Below, in pieces: positions 39,675 through 50,674 of a stretch of DNA of 64,000 nt. Location of the stretch: positions 90,272,001 to 90,336,000 of the forward strand of contig NC_043006.1 of the NCBI RefSeq assembly GCF_006345805.1. Reading direction: 5' to 3'. Below the pieces are notes generated by a model. That model searched no databases and was not told where the DNA came from. It was given only the letters and a program-made list of their open reading frames with translations. The translations under genes and the position numbers were made by a program. This stretch comes from Octopus sinensis (taxonomy: Eukaryota). Numbering within the stretch: position 1 is the first letter of the stretch; the number at the start of each line of letters is the position of its first letter.

Positions 39675-41642
39675 AATTTCAAAGTTTTCCTAGGACTTGG
39701 AAGAAATTGGTGGCAAATTCGTGTTTTTCGCCGCTTCCCCCCTGAAACAAGGGAGGAAACAACAGCAAGATTCTGCTGTAACAGCAGAAAAGAAGTGGTC
39801 TCGATGACCGAAACAGCAAATTTTCACAATTTTCAACACAAAAACAATCTGTCACTGCGGAACAAAGAATAACACGACCGATAAGAGGGGAGAGAGAGAG
39901 AGAGTGTGTGTGTGTGTGTGAATGTGTCTCTTTGCCTTCATTTATTAAAAAAACAGTAATGAAGTTGTTTTTATGCGCAATTAATTTAAACGATATAAGA
40001 GACTTCTTTGTATACTTTAAATAACAACTCAATAGATATTTTAGTCGTCCTCCTCCAATATGATTAAAATAAATGCTGTCATGTGTTGCCGAAGAGAAAT
40101 CAAAAAGATATATTACAAGACATGTTTTATGAGATTAACTATTGGTGGTCTGCAACACGATATTTTAAAAACAAGTTAAGCTTTTACTCTCTTGGTTGAA
40201 ACTACGACAGCAAAACATTAACGGAACTGTTCAAGCTGTCCACCGACAAAATATTTAAGAGATGACAGACAATATTATTTAGTACAATATCAGTCACCAG
40301 GGCTTAAAGACATAATTATTTTTCACACCAACATAAATGAATGTTGTACAAGCTTTTTGTAACCATTTTATTTATGATTGTACACTAATCCTTAAAAACC
40401 CATTCAGTCAGTCTTTATCTATAACAAATTAGCAGTTTGTTGCAAACAACAAATATTGTGTTTATTCTAAAACTAATCTAAAAACATGCTAGGAGTGCTG
40501 TGTAATTAAACAAACACAGCCAGCCATCACCAGCAAGTATTGTATGGCTTGGCAACATGGACAATGTTTTGGCGAATTGTCTGGGGTTTCCTATGTAGTC
40601 ATAAACAGACATTGACTATCCCTCAGCTCCCTTAGCCTTGACCCAGGAACATAGCTAAGATGCAACAGCTGGGGAGAGAGGGAAGGGGGAGAGAGGGAGG
40701 GAGGGGAGAGCGGGAGAGGGATATAACACTACAAAAACACCTGGTTTATTGTAATTTAAAGCTGAGTAGAATGGAGCACCTTGAAATGAAGAACATAGCT
40801 CAGGGGCACTCTACCAGTTCAGGAGTTGAACGCACACCCCTATGATTATAATCTAAACACTTTTACCACTAAGCCATGTGCTTTGATAGAGTTATGTCCA
40901 GGGAAAACAGAAGCTACCCATTAACTTTGTCTTGGGTCCTCAACACTTTATGAAGGGGTAGGAGTGTCTTGATGGCATATAGGGAGTGTAGAGTATTTAA
41001 ACCTAAGGGAGTTCATTCATCTTCAATATGTGTGAGAGAGAGAGAGAGAGAGAGAGCGTGTGTGTGTGTGTGTATGCGTGTGTGTGTGTGTATGTGAGAG
41101 AGAGAGTGTGTGTGTGTATGTGTGCATTCATTAATGTGTATTAGTATCAGATGTATTCATTGACAAGAGAACATAAAAACTGGTGTTTTCCAAACAAAGC
41201 AACCCAAAATAGCTGTTCTGCACCAGAACTTACAGACATTCATTATAGATCTGGACATCATGAAAAAAGAGCTGCACCAGTGATTGGTCAGTTTGGAACC
41301 TTTGATGATCAATAATGGCATTATTAAGAAATGGCAATAAAATAAAATAAATGAAAAACGAATCAGCCTGGTGCTAGAATTGAAACTGAATCCCACTGAA
41401 TTGAGGTCCAACAGTAATGAATAACTTTCATTGTTTTTAAATGAAAATATCAAAGTATTAATCACTCCAGTTTGAAAGGTCACTAGGTCAGCTGCCAGTT
41501 TAACATAGCCATATCTATGTCTGTGCTTGTCAATGGCTACATGTTTGTGATGCGAAACAGCACATCACACATACACACACATTCCTGTGAGCTAGCTCAT
41601 AACAATAAATCTGTCCACGAGTTACAAATATACTTGATATGC

Positions 41643-41683
<41 letters not shown>

Positions 41684-41729
41684 GATAGCTAGATAGATAG
41701 GTAGATAGATAGATAGGTAGGTATAATAG

Positions 41730-41918
41730 GCACAGGCATGGCTGTGTGGTAAGAAGGTTGCTTCTCAACCACATGGTTCTGAGTTCAATCTCACTGCATG
41801 GCACCTTGGGCAAGTGTTTTCTACCATACCCTTAGGCCAACCAATACCTTGTGAGTAAATATGGCAGATGAAAGAAGCCCATCATACATATATACATATA
41901 TAAATAGATACATGTGTA

Positions 41919-41953
<35 letters not shown>

Positions 41954-42190
41954 GCATGTACATCTGCGTGTGTGTGTCTTTCTGTCTGTGTTTGTCCCAC
42001 CTCCGCCACCACCATTTGATAACCAGTGTTGGCATGTTTGCAACTCTGTAACGTAGTGGTTCAGCAAAAAAGATTGATAGATAAGTATCATTCATAAAAA
42101 AATAAGTACTGTGGGCGATTCACATAACTAAGAATTCAAGGTGGTGCCCCAGCATGGCCACAGTCTAATGACTGAAACAAGCAGAAGATA
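41730..42190 (+). mobile_element. SINE (gtggctgtgtggtaag head, internal TA/TG microsatellite), degenerate
   Basis: Similar to 42541-42975. Confidence 0.8.
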
Positions 42191-42214
42191 AATATAATGT
42201 ATACATATATGTAT

Positions 42215-42400
42215 ATATGTATGACGGACTCTCCTGTCGGTTTCGACAATATGAGGCTCTGACAACCTACTCTTTCTTTGTCAGTTATAATGCATATGTC
42301 GAATGTGACATTTAAGTCCCACCAACGATTTGCAAAGGAAGCCAAAGATGTTGCAAGTATGAGGAGTACAGGTGAGTGCAGCTGGTATCTTTGCAGATGC
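42215..42400 (-). mobile_element. RTE-type LINE 3' end
   Basis: Minus strand encodes HTCNIFGFLCKSLVGLKCHIRHMH* (C2H2-like terminus), followed by the stem-loop tgtcgaaaccgaca. Confidence 0.5.
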
Positions 42401-42401
42401 T

Positions 42402-42439
<38 letters not shown>

Positions 42440-42540
42440 CAGATATAGATATAATAATTTGAGGGAATATTATTCCAAACTTACAGGGAAAAATTCAATT
42501 TAGAAATACTAAATCAAATTTCACGAAATATAATATATAT

Positions 42541-42712
42541 GGGCGCAGGAGTGGCTGTGTGGTAAGTAGCTTGCTTATGAACTACATGGTTCTGGGTTCA
42601 GTCCCACTGCGTGGCATCTTGGGCAAATGTCTTCTACTATAGCCTCGGGCCGACCAAAGCCTTGTGAGTGGATTTGGTAGACGGAAACTGAAAGAAGCCT
42701 GTCGTATGTATG

Positions 42713-42765
<53 letters not shown>

Positions 42766-42975
42766 TTGTGTGTCTGTGTTTGTCGCCCTAGCATTGCTTG
42801 ACAACCGATGCTGGTGTGTTTACGTCCCCGTCGCTTAGCGGTTCGGCAAAAAGAGACCGATAGAATAAGTACTGGGCTTACAAAGAATAAGTCCCGGGGT
42901 CGATTTGCTCGACTAAAGGCGGTGCTCCAGCATGGCCGCAGTCAAATGACTGAAACAAGTAAAAGTAAAAGTAAA
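42541..42975 (+). mobile_element. Full-length SINE with internal (TA)n(TG)n
   Basis: Head ggcgcaggagtggctgtgtggtaag, B-box-like gggttcagtccc, central ttgggcaa.tgtcttc and an aagtaa tail. Near-identical copies at 48301-48705 and 50205-50615. Confidence 0.9.
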
Positions 42976-42983
42976 GTAAGTAA

Positions 42984-43027
<44 letters not shown>

Positions 43028-43177
43028 TAGAAAAAAAAACCACCTGTTATCAATTCAAAACGAAAAGTTAAATTACACCATCTAGAAAATTACATATTAT
43101 AGAAAGATTAAATATAAGATAAAAATTATACCGACGATAAAGTAATGGGCAAAATAATAAATAAAATGTTTATATTT

Positions 43178-43216
<39 letters not shown>

Positions 43217-43527
43217 CATATATATATATAATATACATATATATATATATAATATATATATATATAAATATACATATATATATATAAATATACATATATA
43301 TATATATATATATTTGTTGAAATGGAAAGATGAATTATCTCGTTACGGATTATTCAAAAGTTTAACCAATACCTGGGTAGCAAAAATCACAGCAGAAAAA
43401 ACACGGTTGGAGTTATGACCATAGGGTGTTGCAACCGTGCGTTGGCGCGGATAATTGAAGTTTAATATAATTAGTGAATGGAAGAAATGGAGCTGAACGA
43501 AGATTCTACAGAATTCCTTTTATTACA

Positions 43528-43607
43528 TTCTACACATGTTTCAAAGGCCACAAATTTCCAAATTCTGATTGAATAAGGATACCATATTGCAGCTTTCTCT
43601 TCAGGAA
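43528..43607 (-). ncRNA. Hammerhead ribozyme motif with a 55-nt stem II insert, in an AT-rich unit ~43320-43700 between (TA)n tracts
   Basis: Minus strand reads TTC-CTGAAGA-G-AAAG...CTTT-GAAAC-ATGT-GTA-GAA. The core is intact and the stem III region contains the ACATGT palindrome. Confidence 0.6.
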
Positions 43608-43699
43608 AATCCAGGAATTACGATGTCCAAACAAAACAAAGGCGCAGCAAGCAACCTGAACAAGAACGCTCCCTAGGAGCCCATGGGGCAAACTGTTTC

Positions 43700-43733
<34 letters not shown>

Positions 43734-43852
43734 AAAGAGCAATAAAGATTCAAGTTAATTTAAATGAATTTACTTGAATATGGTACCTAACTTAGATGCA
43801 CCAAAAAAAACTATACTGATTTAACAATACAGTAATGTGGGGTGATTATAAG

Positions 43853-44230
43853 CGAGAAAGAAGCAACAAGAATGGATAGGTTTTTAGTACGATCGTTTCA
43901 TACAAGGACAAGTTTTATTAAAAGTTGCAAAGATTACAGCATATAAACGAGTCCCGTACTCATCAGCTAAAATACATGTAAGTTCTCTAGACATCCTAGT
44001 GTTTGAGGCTATACTCATGAAGTAATGTAGATAATTAAGTAACATAAACAGATTTCTAAAGTTCATTAAAGTTCTTTAAAGATGATGTACAGTCTTATCA
44101 CAGAATTTTAAAAAAGTTTTGATAGCATCACAGAGAAGGTGACCTAATCCATATGAATTTCCATAGATATGATGAGGGATTATATACTCACAGAAGACAA
44201 ATTTATCCATTGTTAATTACAACGAGGTGG
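43853..44230 (-). repeat. Left arm of 378-bp inverted repeat (PLE pLTR)
   Basis: Reverse complement of 47504-47881; I find one mismatch (43911/47823). Confidence 0.95.
43882..43972 (-). ncRNA. Intact type I hammerhead ribozyme in the Naiad pLTR
   Basis: TTTTAG-CTGATGA-GTACGGGAC-(41 nt)-GTCCTTGTAT-GAAAC-GATC-GTA-CTAAAA. Confidence 0.85.
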
Positions 44231-45419
44231 GTCTCAATTCCTGCTTATTAGCATTACAGAGAGGGTGAATTAATCCTTTGTATAGATGCACAGATTCCAA
44301 TGGTGTAGATGTAAATTTCCAGAGAAATGGAGATGAATTTCATATTCACAGGCGATAAATTTCTCAATGGTTGAACACAATGAGGTAGGTATCAATCCTT
44401 GTTATATGATTAGGTATTTGCCACATTAATCACATTACTGCTATTCACAAGAGGCTGTAGCTATTTAACTCTTAAAGGCTGAAGGGCTTTCTAGATTGGC
44501 CAAGAATAGAGAAGGGAATAGAAGAAAAGAGAGAAAATAATGGAGGAGGGAGCAAAAAGGGGGGGGAAAGGGGGACTAAAAGAGAAGAGAAAAGGAAACA
44601 GAGAATAAGAAGAAGAAAAAGAAAAAAGAGAAAAGAGAAAGAAATAGGGAAAGAAGGAAAAAAAGAAAAAGAAAAAAAGAGGGTTCTAGTTATACAGAAG
44701 AGTTAGTAGACTGCAAGTCTGGTTTTAATCAACAGGCATCTAGGAACTAGAGGAGAATATTATTCTTTGACCAGTAAACCGTTAATTTATTGCTGTTGAA
44801 ATCAGCTATGAGTTTAAAGAGAATCTAAAGAGATAACACAGTCAGGGGTTAAGGGGTCAGATGCTAAAATCACCAGAAAATACATTAGGAAAATCTAAGT
44901 ATAATCTTATCAAAAAGTCATTAAAAATTTACTTATTTAATTTATTCATTTTATTGTCTTAAGGAGTTGTCGTTATTATTCATACATTGACTGACTACAG
45001 GTCAAATCTTATAAGATCATTTACAAGGTGTTAGGGGATTGTCTATCATAATGAAGATAATCATATTATCACCGAGGGAATAGCCTTATTTATTTAATTA
45101 TGAAATAGAATTATGGGGCTACAGTAACTCATTATAATTTATTAGAGTTATGCTACTTAAATTAGATTAAGTTAGGAATTAAAATTAAATATTACAATTA
45201 AGATTTAAAATTAAGAATTTAAAAATTGTGAGTTTGAAATTAAATAAAGCCTCAATTAAGTAGCGAATAAGTACTATTCATTTCCCTGTTCTCAAAAAAC
45301 TGATGCAGATATAAGGAAAAAGATAACTGTAATGTGAGAACTCTTAGTTATCTACTTAAAGCAGTGCTATACTAGTAGAAATCAAGTTATATCTATCTAT
45401 CTAGTTATGAATATTCCAA

Positions 45420-47507
45420 TCATTTAAAATATTTTAAAGTCTTCAATTTAGCGTGGACACAAACTTGACCTAGTTCGATATGGTTATTCAATAAGTTTCT
45501 ATGTTTACTATGCTTTAGAATTTCGTACGTCTCCATGGAGCATAGTTGACAACCAACCCTACTATTTTTATACGGAATTGCTCTCCTAACTATTTCCCAA
45601 TTAAGGGTATAATTTTTATTATTATTTTTGAGTTCCCAGATTTTGTTTGAAAGTGTGGTGGTACCAGCTTTATGACGTAATTTAAAAGTCGAGATGTGAT
45701 TTCTAACTCTGGCTAAAAAATTAATTGTACAGCCAATGTAAAAATATTTGTTATTCTCCGTGGATATGGTACATTTATAGATTACATTATTTTCCCTACA
45801 TAGACCAGGTGCCGGGCATTTTGATTTTATTCTACACTTACACACAGGAGGAACAACTTCAGGCCTTGGATTATTCCTGGGTAGATGTTTTAGGTTCCTA
45901 TTATTTTGATTATCATTTCTATAGTTGGTGCTGATATCTAAAGTATTGCTATTATTTATTGATCCTTCTGTTTCATCATTTAGGTGTAAAGTCCTACCAA
46001 GATTTCTTATATTATTCGTAATGTTATTATTATTGTTAGTCTTTTTATCCAACTGCATATTATTGTTATAGATATCACTGATATTTTCATTCTCCTTATT
46101 TTCTCCATTAGCCTTATTTCTATTATTTCTATTATTAACAATATTACTTCTATTAATATCGGCATTGTTATTATTACTATTAATGTTAATGTTATTAGTC
46201 ATTCTGTGGTTACTAATTTCACCTATGTTTTGATAGTTCCTATTGCTGTTTTTATTGTTGGTAGTATTATTGTTATTGCTATTGGTATTCATGCTGATAT
46301 TATTATTTTTATTTCTATCTTTCCTGGCTAGTTTAATGTTGTTATTATTAATTTTAGCTATTAAAGTGGACATATTTGGGAGGGTTGAATAAGAAATCCT
46401 AACTGTTTTCCTAGAATAATTCTATGATATCTATGAGAGATAGGGAAATTTTTTTCCAGAATCACTTTGAATTTGTTCTGTATATCCGATTGTATCGCAC
46501 AGTTGAAAGGAATATTCAGCCATAATATATCTTTTTTATAAAATTTAGGGTTCGTAGAATTACTACTATTCATCTCACCGGAGTTATTGTATTTATTACC
46601 ATTATTTTTATTTTTATTTGTGTGCATCTTAGTTTATCTACTTCAATCTTATCCGAGTTACCTATGTTCTGGTCAATGCTTCTATTTGAATTGTTGGGCC
46701 TGTACTCTAGATTAGCGTTTACCGTTAATTTAATTCTACTTTTATTTCGGGCTTGGTCTTTTTTGCTGCTTACGTGATTACTGATAACTTCATTATTAGG
46801 AATACGTGAGTTCCCCTTATCAACGAATGTAATCTTTTGGTTGTATCCAGCCTTAGTTAACGCCGCATTATAATGCTCAGAATGGGAGTTAAATATATCC
46901 TTATTGGATGATAATTTTGAAATTCTTAATGAAATATTTCTTACTAAAGATTCTATTATATTTGGGGGATGATTTGATAATTTATTTACGTAATTCGTGA
47001 CTTCGCCTTCCTTTCTAAATGGGTAATGTAGCTTGGAGTTAAGGTCTAGGGTAATATCTAGGAAATTAGCTATTTTAGTGCCCGGTTCATACGTTATACT
47101 GAGGTTGAAATCCTTAAAGAACTTATTAATTTTCTTTCTAATCCTTTCTATAACAGATTTATTATTACTAGGGATAACAACAGAGCATCATCCCTATATA
47201 GACCCCCCTGTATTTCTGGGATATCCTTGCTTATGCATTTTAATAGATATGCGCCTACTAGGTTGGTTACCTCAGCCGAATCACTGGAACCCATTGGTAT
47301 ATCAAAAAAATTTGGTGTATCTGCTCTAGTCCATAATTTATCTTCAAATTCAATAAATGTCTTCCTAGCTAGTAGCACAATATTGATTTCTTCTCTAGTT
47401 ATGAGGGAGCGATTCATGGCAAATATTAGTGATTTGTTGAGTAAGATAGGGGAAATGCTAGAGTAATAACTATTAATATCGAACTGAATAAATCCATATA
47501 AATCCAC
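45420..47507 (-). pseudogene. Naiad RT + GIY-YIG endonuclease ORF with three frameshifts (~47185, ~46630, ~46410)
   Basis: Manual translation joins 47148-47507, an ATG-less open frame ~47185-46630, 46361-46627 and 45420-46373. Confidence 0.9.
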
Positions 47508-47881
47508 CTCGTTGTAATTAACAATGGATAAATTTGTCTTCTGTGAGTATATAATCCCTCATCATATCTATGGAAATTCATATGGATTAGGTCACCTTCT
47601 CTGTGATGCTATCAAAACTTTTTTAAAATTCTGTGATAAGACTGTACATCATCTTTAAAGAACTTTAATGAACTTTAGAAATCTGTTTATGTTACTTAAT
47701 TATCTACATTACTTCATGAGTATAGCCTCAAACACTAGGATGTCTAGAGAACTTACATGTATTTTAGCTGATGAGTACGGGACTCGTTTATATGCTGTAA
47801 TCTTTGCAACTTTTAATAAAACCTGTCCTTGTATGAAACGATCGTACTAAAAACCTATCCATTCTTGTTGCTTCTTTCTCG
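47504..47881 (+). repeat. Right arm of the 378-bp inverted repeat
   Basis: See the left arm; the ORF track shows an identical 60-aa translation on opposite strands. Confidence 0.95.
47762..47852 (+). ncRNA. Intact type I hammerhead ribozyme (inverted copy)
   Basis: CTGATGA at 47768, GAAAC at 47835, GUA triplet at 47844-47846, stem I TTTTAG/CTAAAA. Confidence 0.85.
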
Positions 47882-47940
<59 letters not shown>

Positions 47941-48037
47941 TATACATTATATATATATATAAATATACATATATATATATATATATATATTACATATATA
48001 TATATAATAAATATACATATATATATATATAATATAC

Positions 48038-48090
<53 letters not shown>

Positions 48091-48245
48091 ATACATATAT
48101 ATATATATATATACATATATAATATATAAAATACATATATATATAAATATACATATATATATAATATACATATATATATATATATAAATATATATATAAA
48201 TATACATATATATATATATATAATATACATATATATAATATATAA

Positions 48246-48290
<45 letters not shown>

Positions 48291-48300
48291 TTACATATAT
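47882..48300. repeat. Long degenerate (TA)n tract
   Basis: Read directly from the sequence. Confidence 0.95.
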
Positions 48301-48705
48301 AGACGCAGGAGTGGCTGTGTGGTAAGTAGCTTGCTAACCAACCACATGGTTCCGGGTTCAGTCCCACTGCGTGGCATCTTGGGCAAGTGTCTTCTGCTAT
48401 AGCCCCGGGCCGACCAATGCCTTGTGAGTGGATTTGGTAGACGGAAACTGAAAGAAGCCTGTCGTATATATGTATATATATGTATGTGTGTGTGTGTGTG
48501 TTTGTGTGTCTGTGGTTGTCCCCCTAGCATTGCTTGACAACCGATGCTGGTGTGTTTACGTCCCCGTCACTTAACGGTTCAGCAAAAGAGAGCGATAGAA
48601 TAAGTACTTGGCTTACAAAAGAATAAGTCCTGGGGTCGAGTTGCTCGATTAAAGGTGGTGCTCCAGCATGGCCGCAGTCAAATGACTGAAACAAGTAAAA
48701 GAGTA
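48301..48705 (+). mobile_element. Full-length SINE
   Basis: Near-identical to 42541-42975. Confidence 0.9.
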
Positions 48706-49470
48706 ATATATATATATCATCCTCATTCCTCATCCACTCTGCTGCTCACATAGTGCGAGGGTGCCTACATGCATCTGTGGTATTCATTCGCTAGTCTATA
48801 GAGTTAGATGTCAGAATGCAAAGCTTAGAATATTTGCTTGAGCATTCCCACAACATCTATAATTCATATTCAATTTGGTCGTTGATACTGGGTCATTACA
48901 CATGCAATTAGTTTGATATTTAAATGAGCTTAAAGAGGAGCAGTTTCATCCCCACCCCCCGCTTAAGTCCACACACACGTTTATATTTGTGTGTATGTGG
49001 GTGTGTGTGTGTGTGAAATCATGAATGCACGTTTGAAAATTATATACTGACAGATGTATATTTTTACATCCACATCTCCACATATCCATATATATACATG
49101 GTTTCTGATCAAACAACTTGTCTATCAAGTACACCTCTGAACACACAAACATACATACCTACATACACACATGCATACATACTTTCATGTACATGCACAT
49201 ACAATCACACACAAGTATATACTTATGTAAAGAAACAAATTTTTGAATTTATATCCCCCTCCATGCCAACGTGTGTGAGGTGTGTGAGTGGGTGTGCGTG
49301 TTTCTCTTCTGCTTTTAATCATTTAAATTCTTCCTCCAGAGAAGGAGCTGGTTTCCAAAAACAGATACAAAGATATGTATGTATGTATGTATGTATGTAT
49401 AATCATCATTTTGATGTATCCACTTTTCTATGCTTCTACATGTAACACATACATACACAGGTCCACATAC

Positions 49471-49525
<55 letters not shown>

Positions 49526-49561
49526 AAGAGACAAAATAAACTAACAGAAAATTATTAGATA

Positions 49562-49619
49562 ATTCCAGATCCTGGATTTCTGCCTTTGCATAAGAAATGC
49601 TTTGTTTCATCAGTGGAAT
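49562..49619 (-). ncRNA. Probable degenerate hammerhead in a ~200-bp unit between microsatellites (~49525-49725)
   Basis: Minus strand reads ATTCCA-CTGATGA-(26 nt with GCAT/ATGC hairpin)-GAAAT-CCAGG-ATC-TGGAAT. Stem I is 6 bp; the base of stem II is mispaired. Confidence 0.45.
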
Positions 49620-50204
49620 ACACACAAAATAACAATTATTACCTATGAGATTTTTATTCCCATGCTAGCCACTTGATATAATCGGTATTTTAAATAACAA
49701 TCTCATCCTTATTTAGATATACTTTATATATATATATATATATATATATAAAATCTTGTCTCTTCTAGATGGACCGTCCAGCTAGCTGGATGTCATTTCT
49801 CTTGCCTCTCGATATCTTTTTTCTCTTCTATTTATTCTATATCCTTTCAAAATTTTTCCCAAACGTTACCATTACAATTTGTCTTGGCCTAATGGTCCTA
49901 AATGTCTGTCTTATTCAATCATTTACTTCCATACGTCCACTTTGGTGCTGCTTGTTTTTTCAAAGACCTGAGTCTCCACAAATTTTATATTTTAAAAATT
50001 TCTGGATGCTGCTGTCTTATGAAATCTTGTTTTGTCTTTAAAAGCATGACACAGATAGTAATAAACAGTCGACAACTGAGCAGGAGTTAAGACTTCTTTT
50101 GGTATTTTAACCCGTACTTCTCTCTCGCTGTATGTTTATGTATTTCTCACTCGTTGGTGATATCCTGTACTCAATGTGTATTTTTTTTTTATTTCTATTA
50201 TATA

Positions 50205-50615
50205 TAGGCACAGGAGTGGCTGTGTGGTAAGTAGCTTGCTAACCAACCACATGGTTCCGAGTTCAGTCCCACTGCGTGGCATCTTGGGCAAGTGTCTTCT
50301 GCTATAGCCCCGGGCCGACCAAAGCCTTGTGAGTGGATTTGGTAGACGGAAACTGAAAGAAGCTTGTCGTATATATGTATATATATATATATATATGTAT
50401 GTGTTTGTGTGTCTGTGTTTGTCCCCCTAGCATTGCTTGACAACTGATGCTGGTGTGTTTATGTCCTCGTTACTTAGCGGTTTGGCAAAAGAGACCGATA
50501 GAATAAGTACTGGCTTACAAAAGAATAAGTCCTGGGGTCGAGTTGCTCGATTAAAGGCGGTGCTCCAGCATGGCCGCAGTCAAATGACTGAAACAAGAAT
50601 AAAAGAGTATGTATA
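50205..50615 (+). mobile_element. Full-length SINE
   Basis: Near-identical to 48301-48705. Confidence 0.9.
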
Positions 50616-50625
50616 TATAAACATA

Positions 50626-50664
<39 letters not shown>

Positions 50665-50674
50665 TAATAATAAA

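Larger units (their letters stand above)
32921..39890 (-). mobile_element. Tx1/L1-clade non-LTR retrotransposon, 5' part present and 3' half of RT missing
   Basis: ORF1 with a CX2CX4HX4C knuckle, followed by ORF2 with APE (LNIHGL, TESRL, YAP, LGDFN) and RT motifs (KSPGLDGL, NFRPITLLNAELKILAKVL, LDQSKAFDR). Confidence 0.92.
43735..47881 (-). mobile_element. Penelope-like element (Naiad-type), 5'-truncated, with inverted terminal duplication, between (TA)n tracts
   Basis: RT motifs QFDINSYY, FDIPMGSSDSAEV, GLYRDD, NFLDITLDL and NHPPNI; C-terminal GIY-YIG (NVIYKC...YIGCT...CQLC); HHR-bearing terminus. Confidence 0.92.

Noticed and set aside
36153-39872. Three plus-strand ORFs of 1142-1239 aa
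   Set aside because: They are by-products of a C/T-rich 36-bp unit that has no stop in any plus frame. They are antisense to the LINE and have no non-repeat domain.
43884-44066. Identical 60-aa ORF on both arms of the inverted repeat (also 47668-47850)
   Set aside because: The identity is explained by the duplication. The ORF overlaps the ribozyme and has no recognisable protein features.
45420-47507. Selenocysteine (in-frame TGA) recoding, reported for some Naiads
   Set aside because: Manual translation shows the breaks are frameshifts. I found no in-frame TGA at conserved Cys positions, so no SECIS claim is made.
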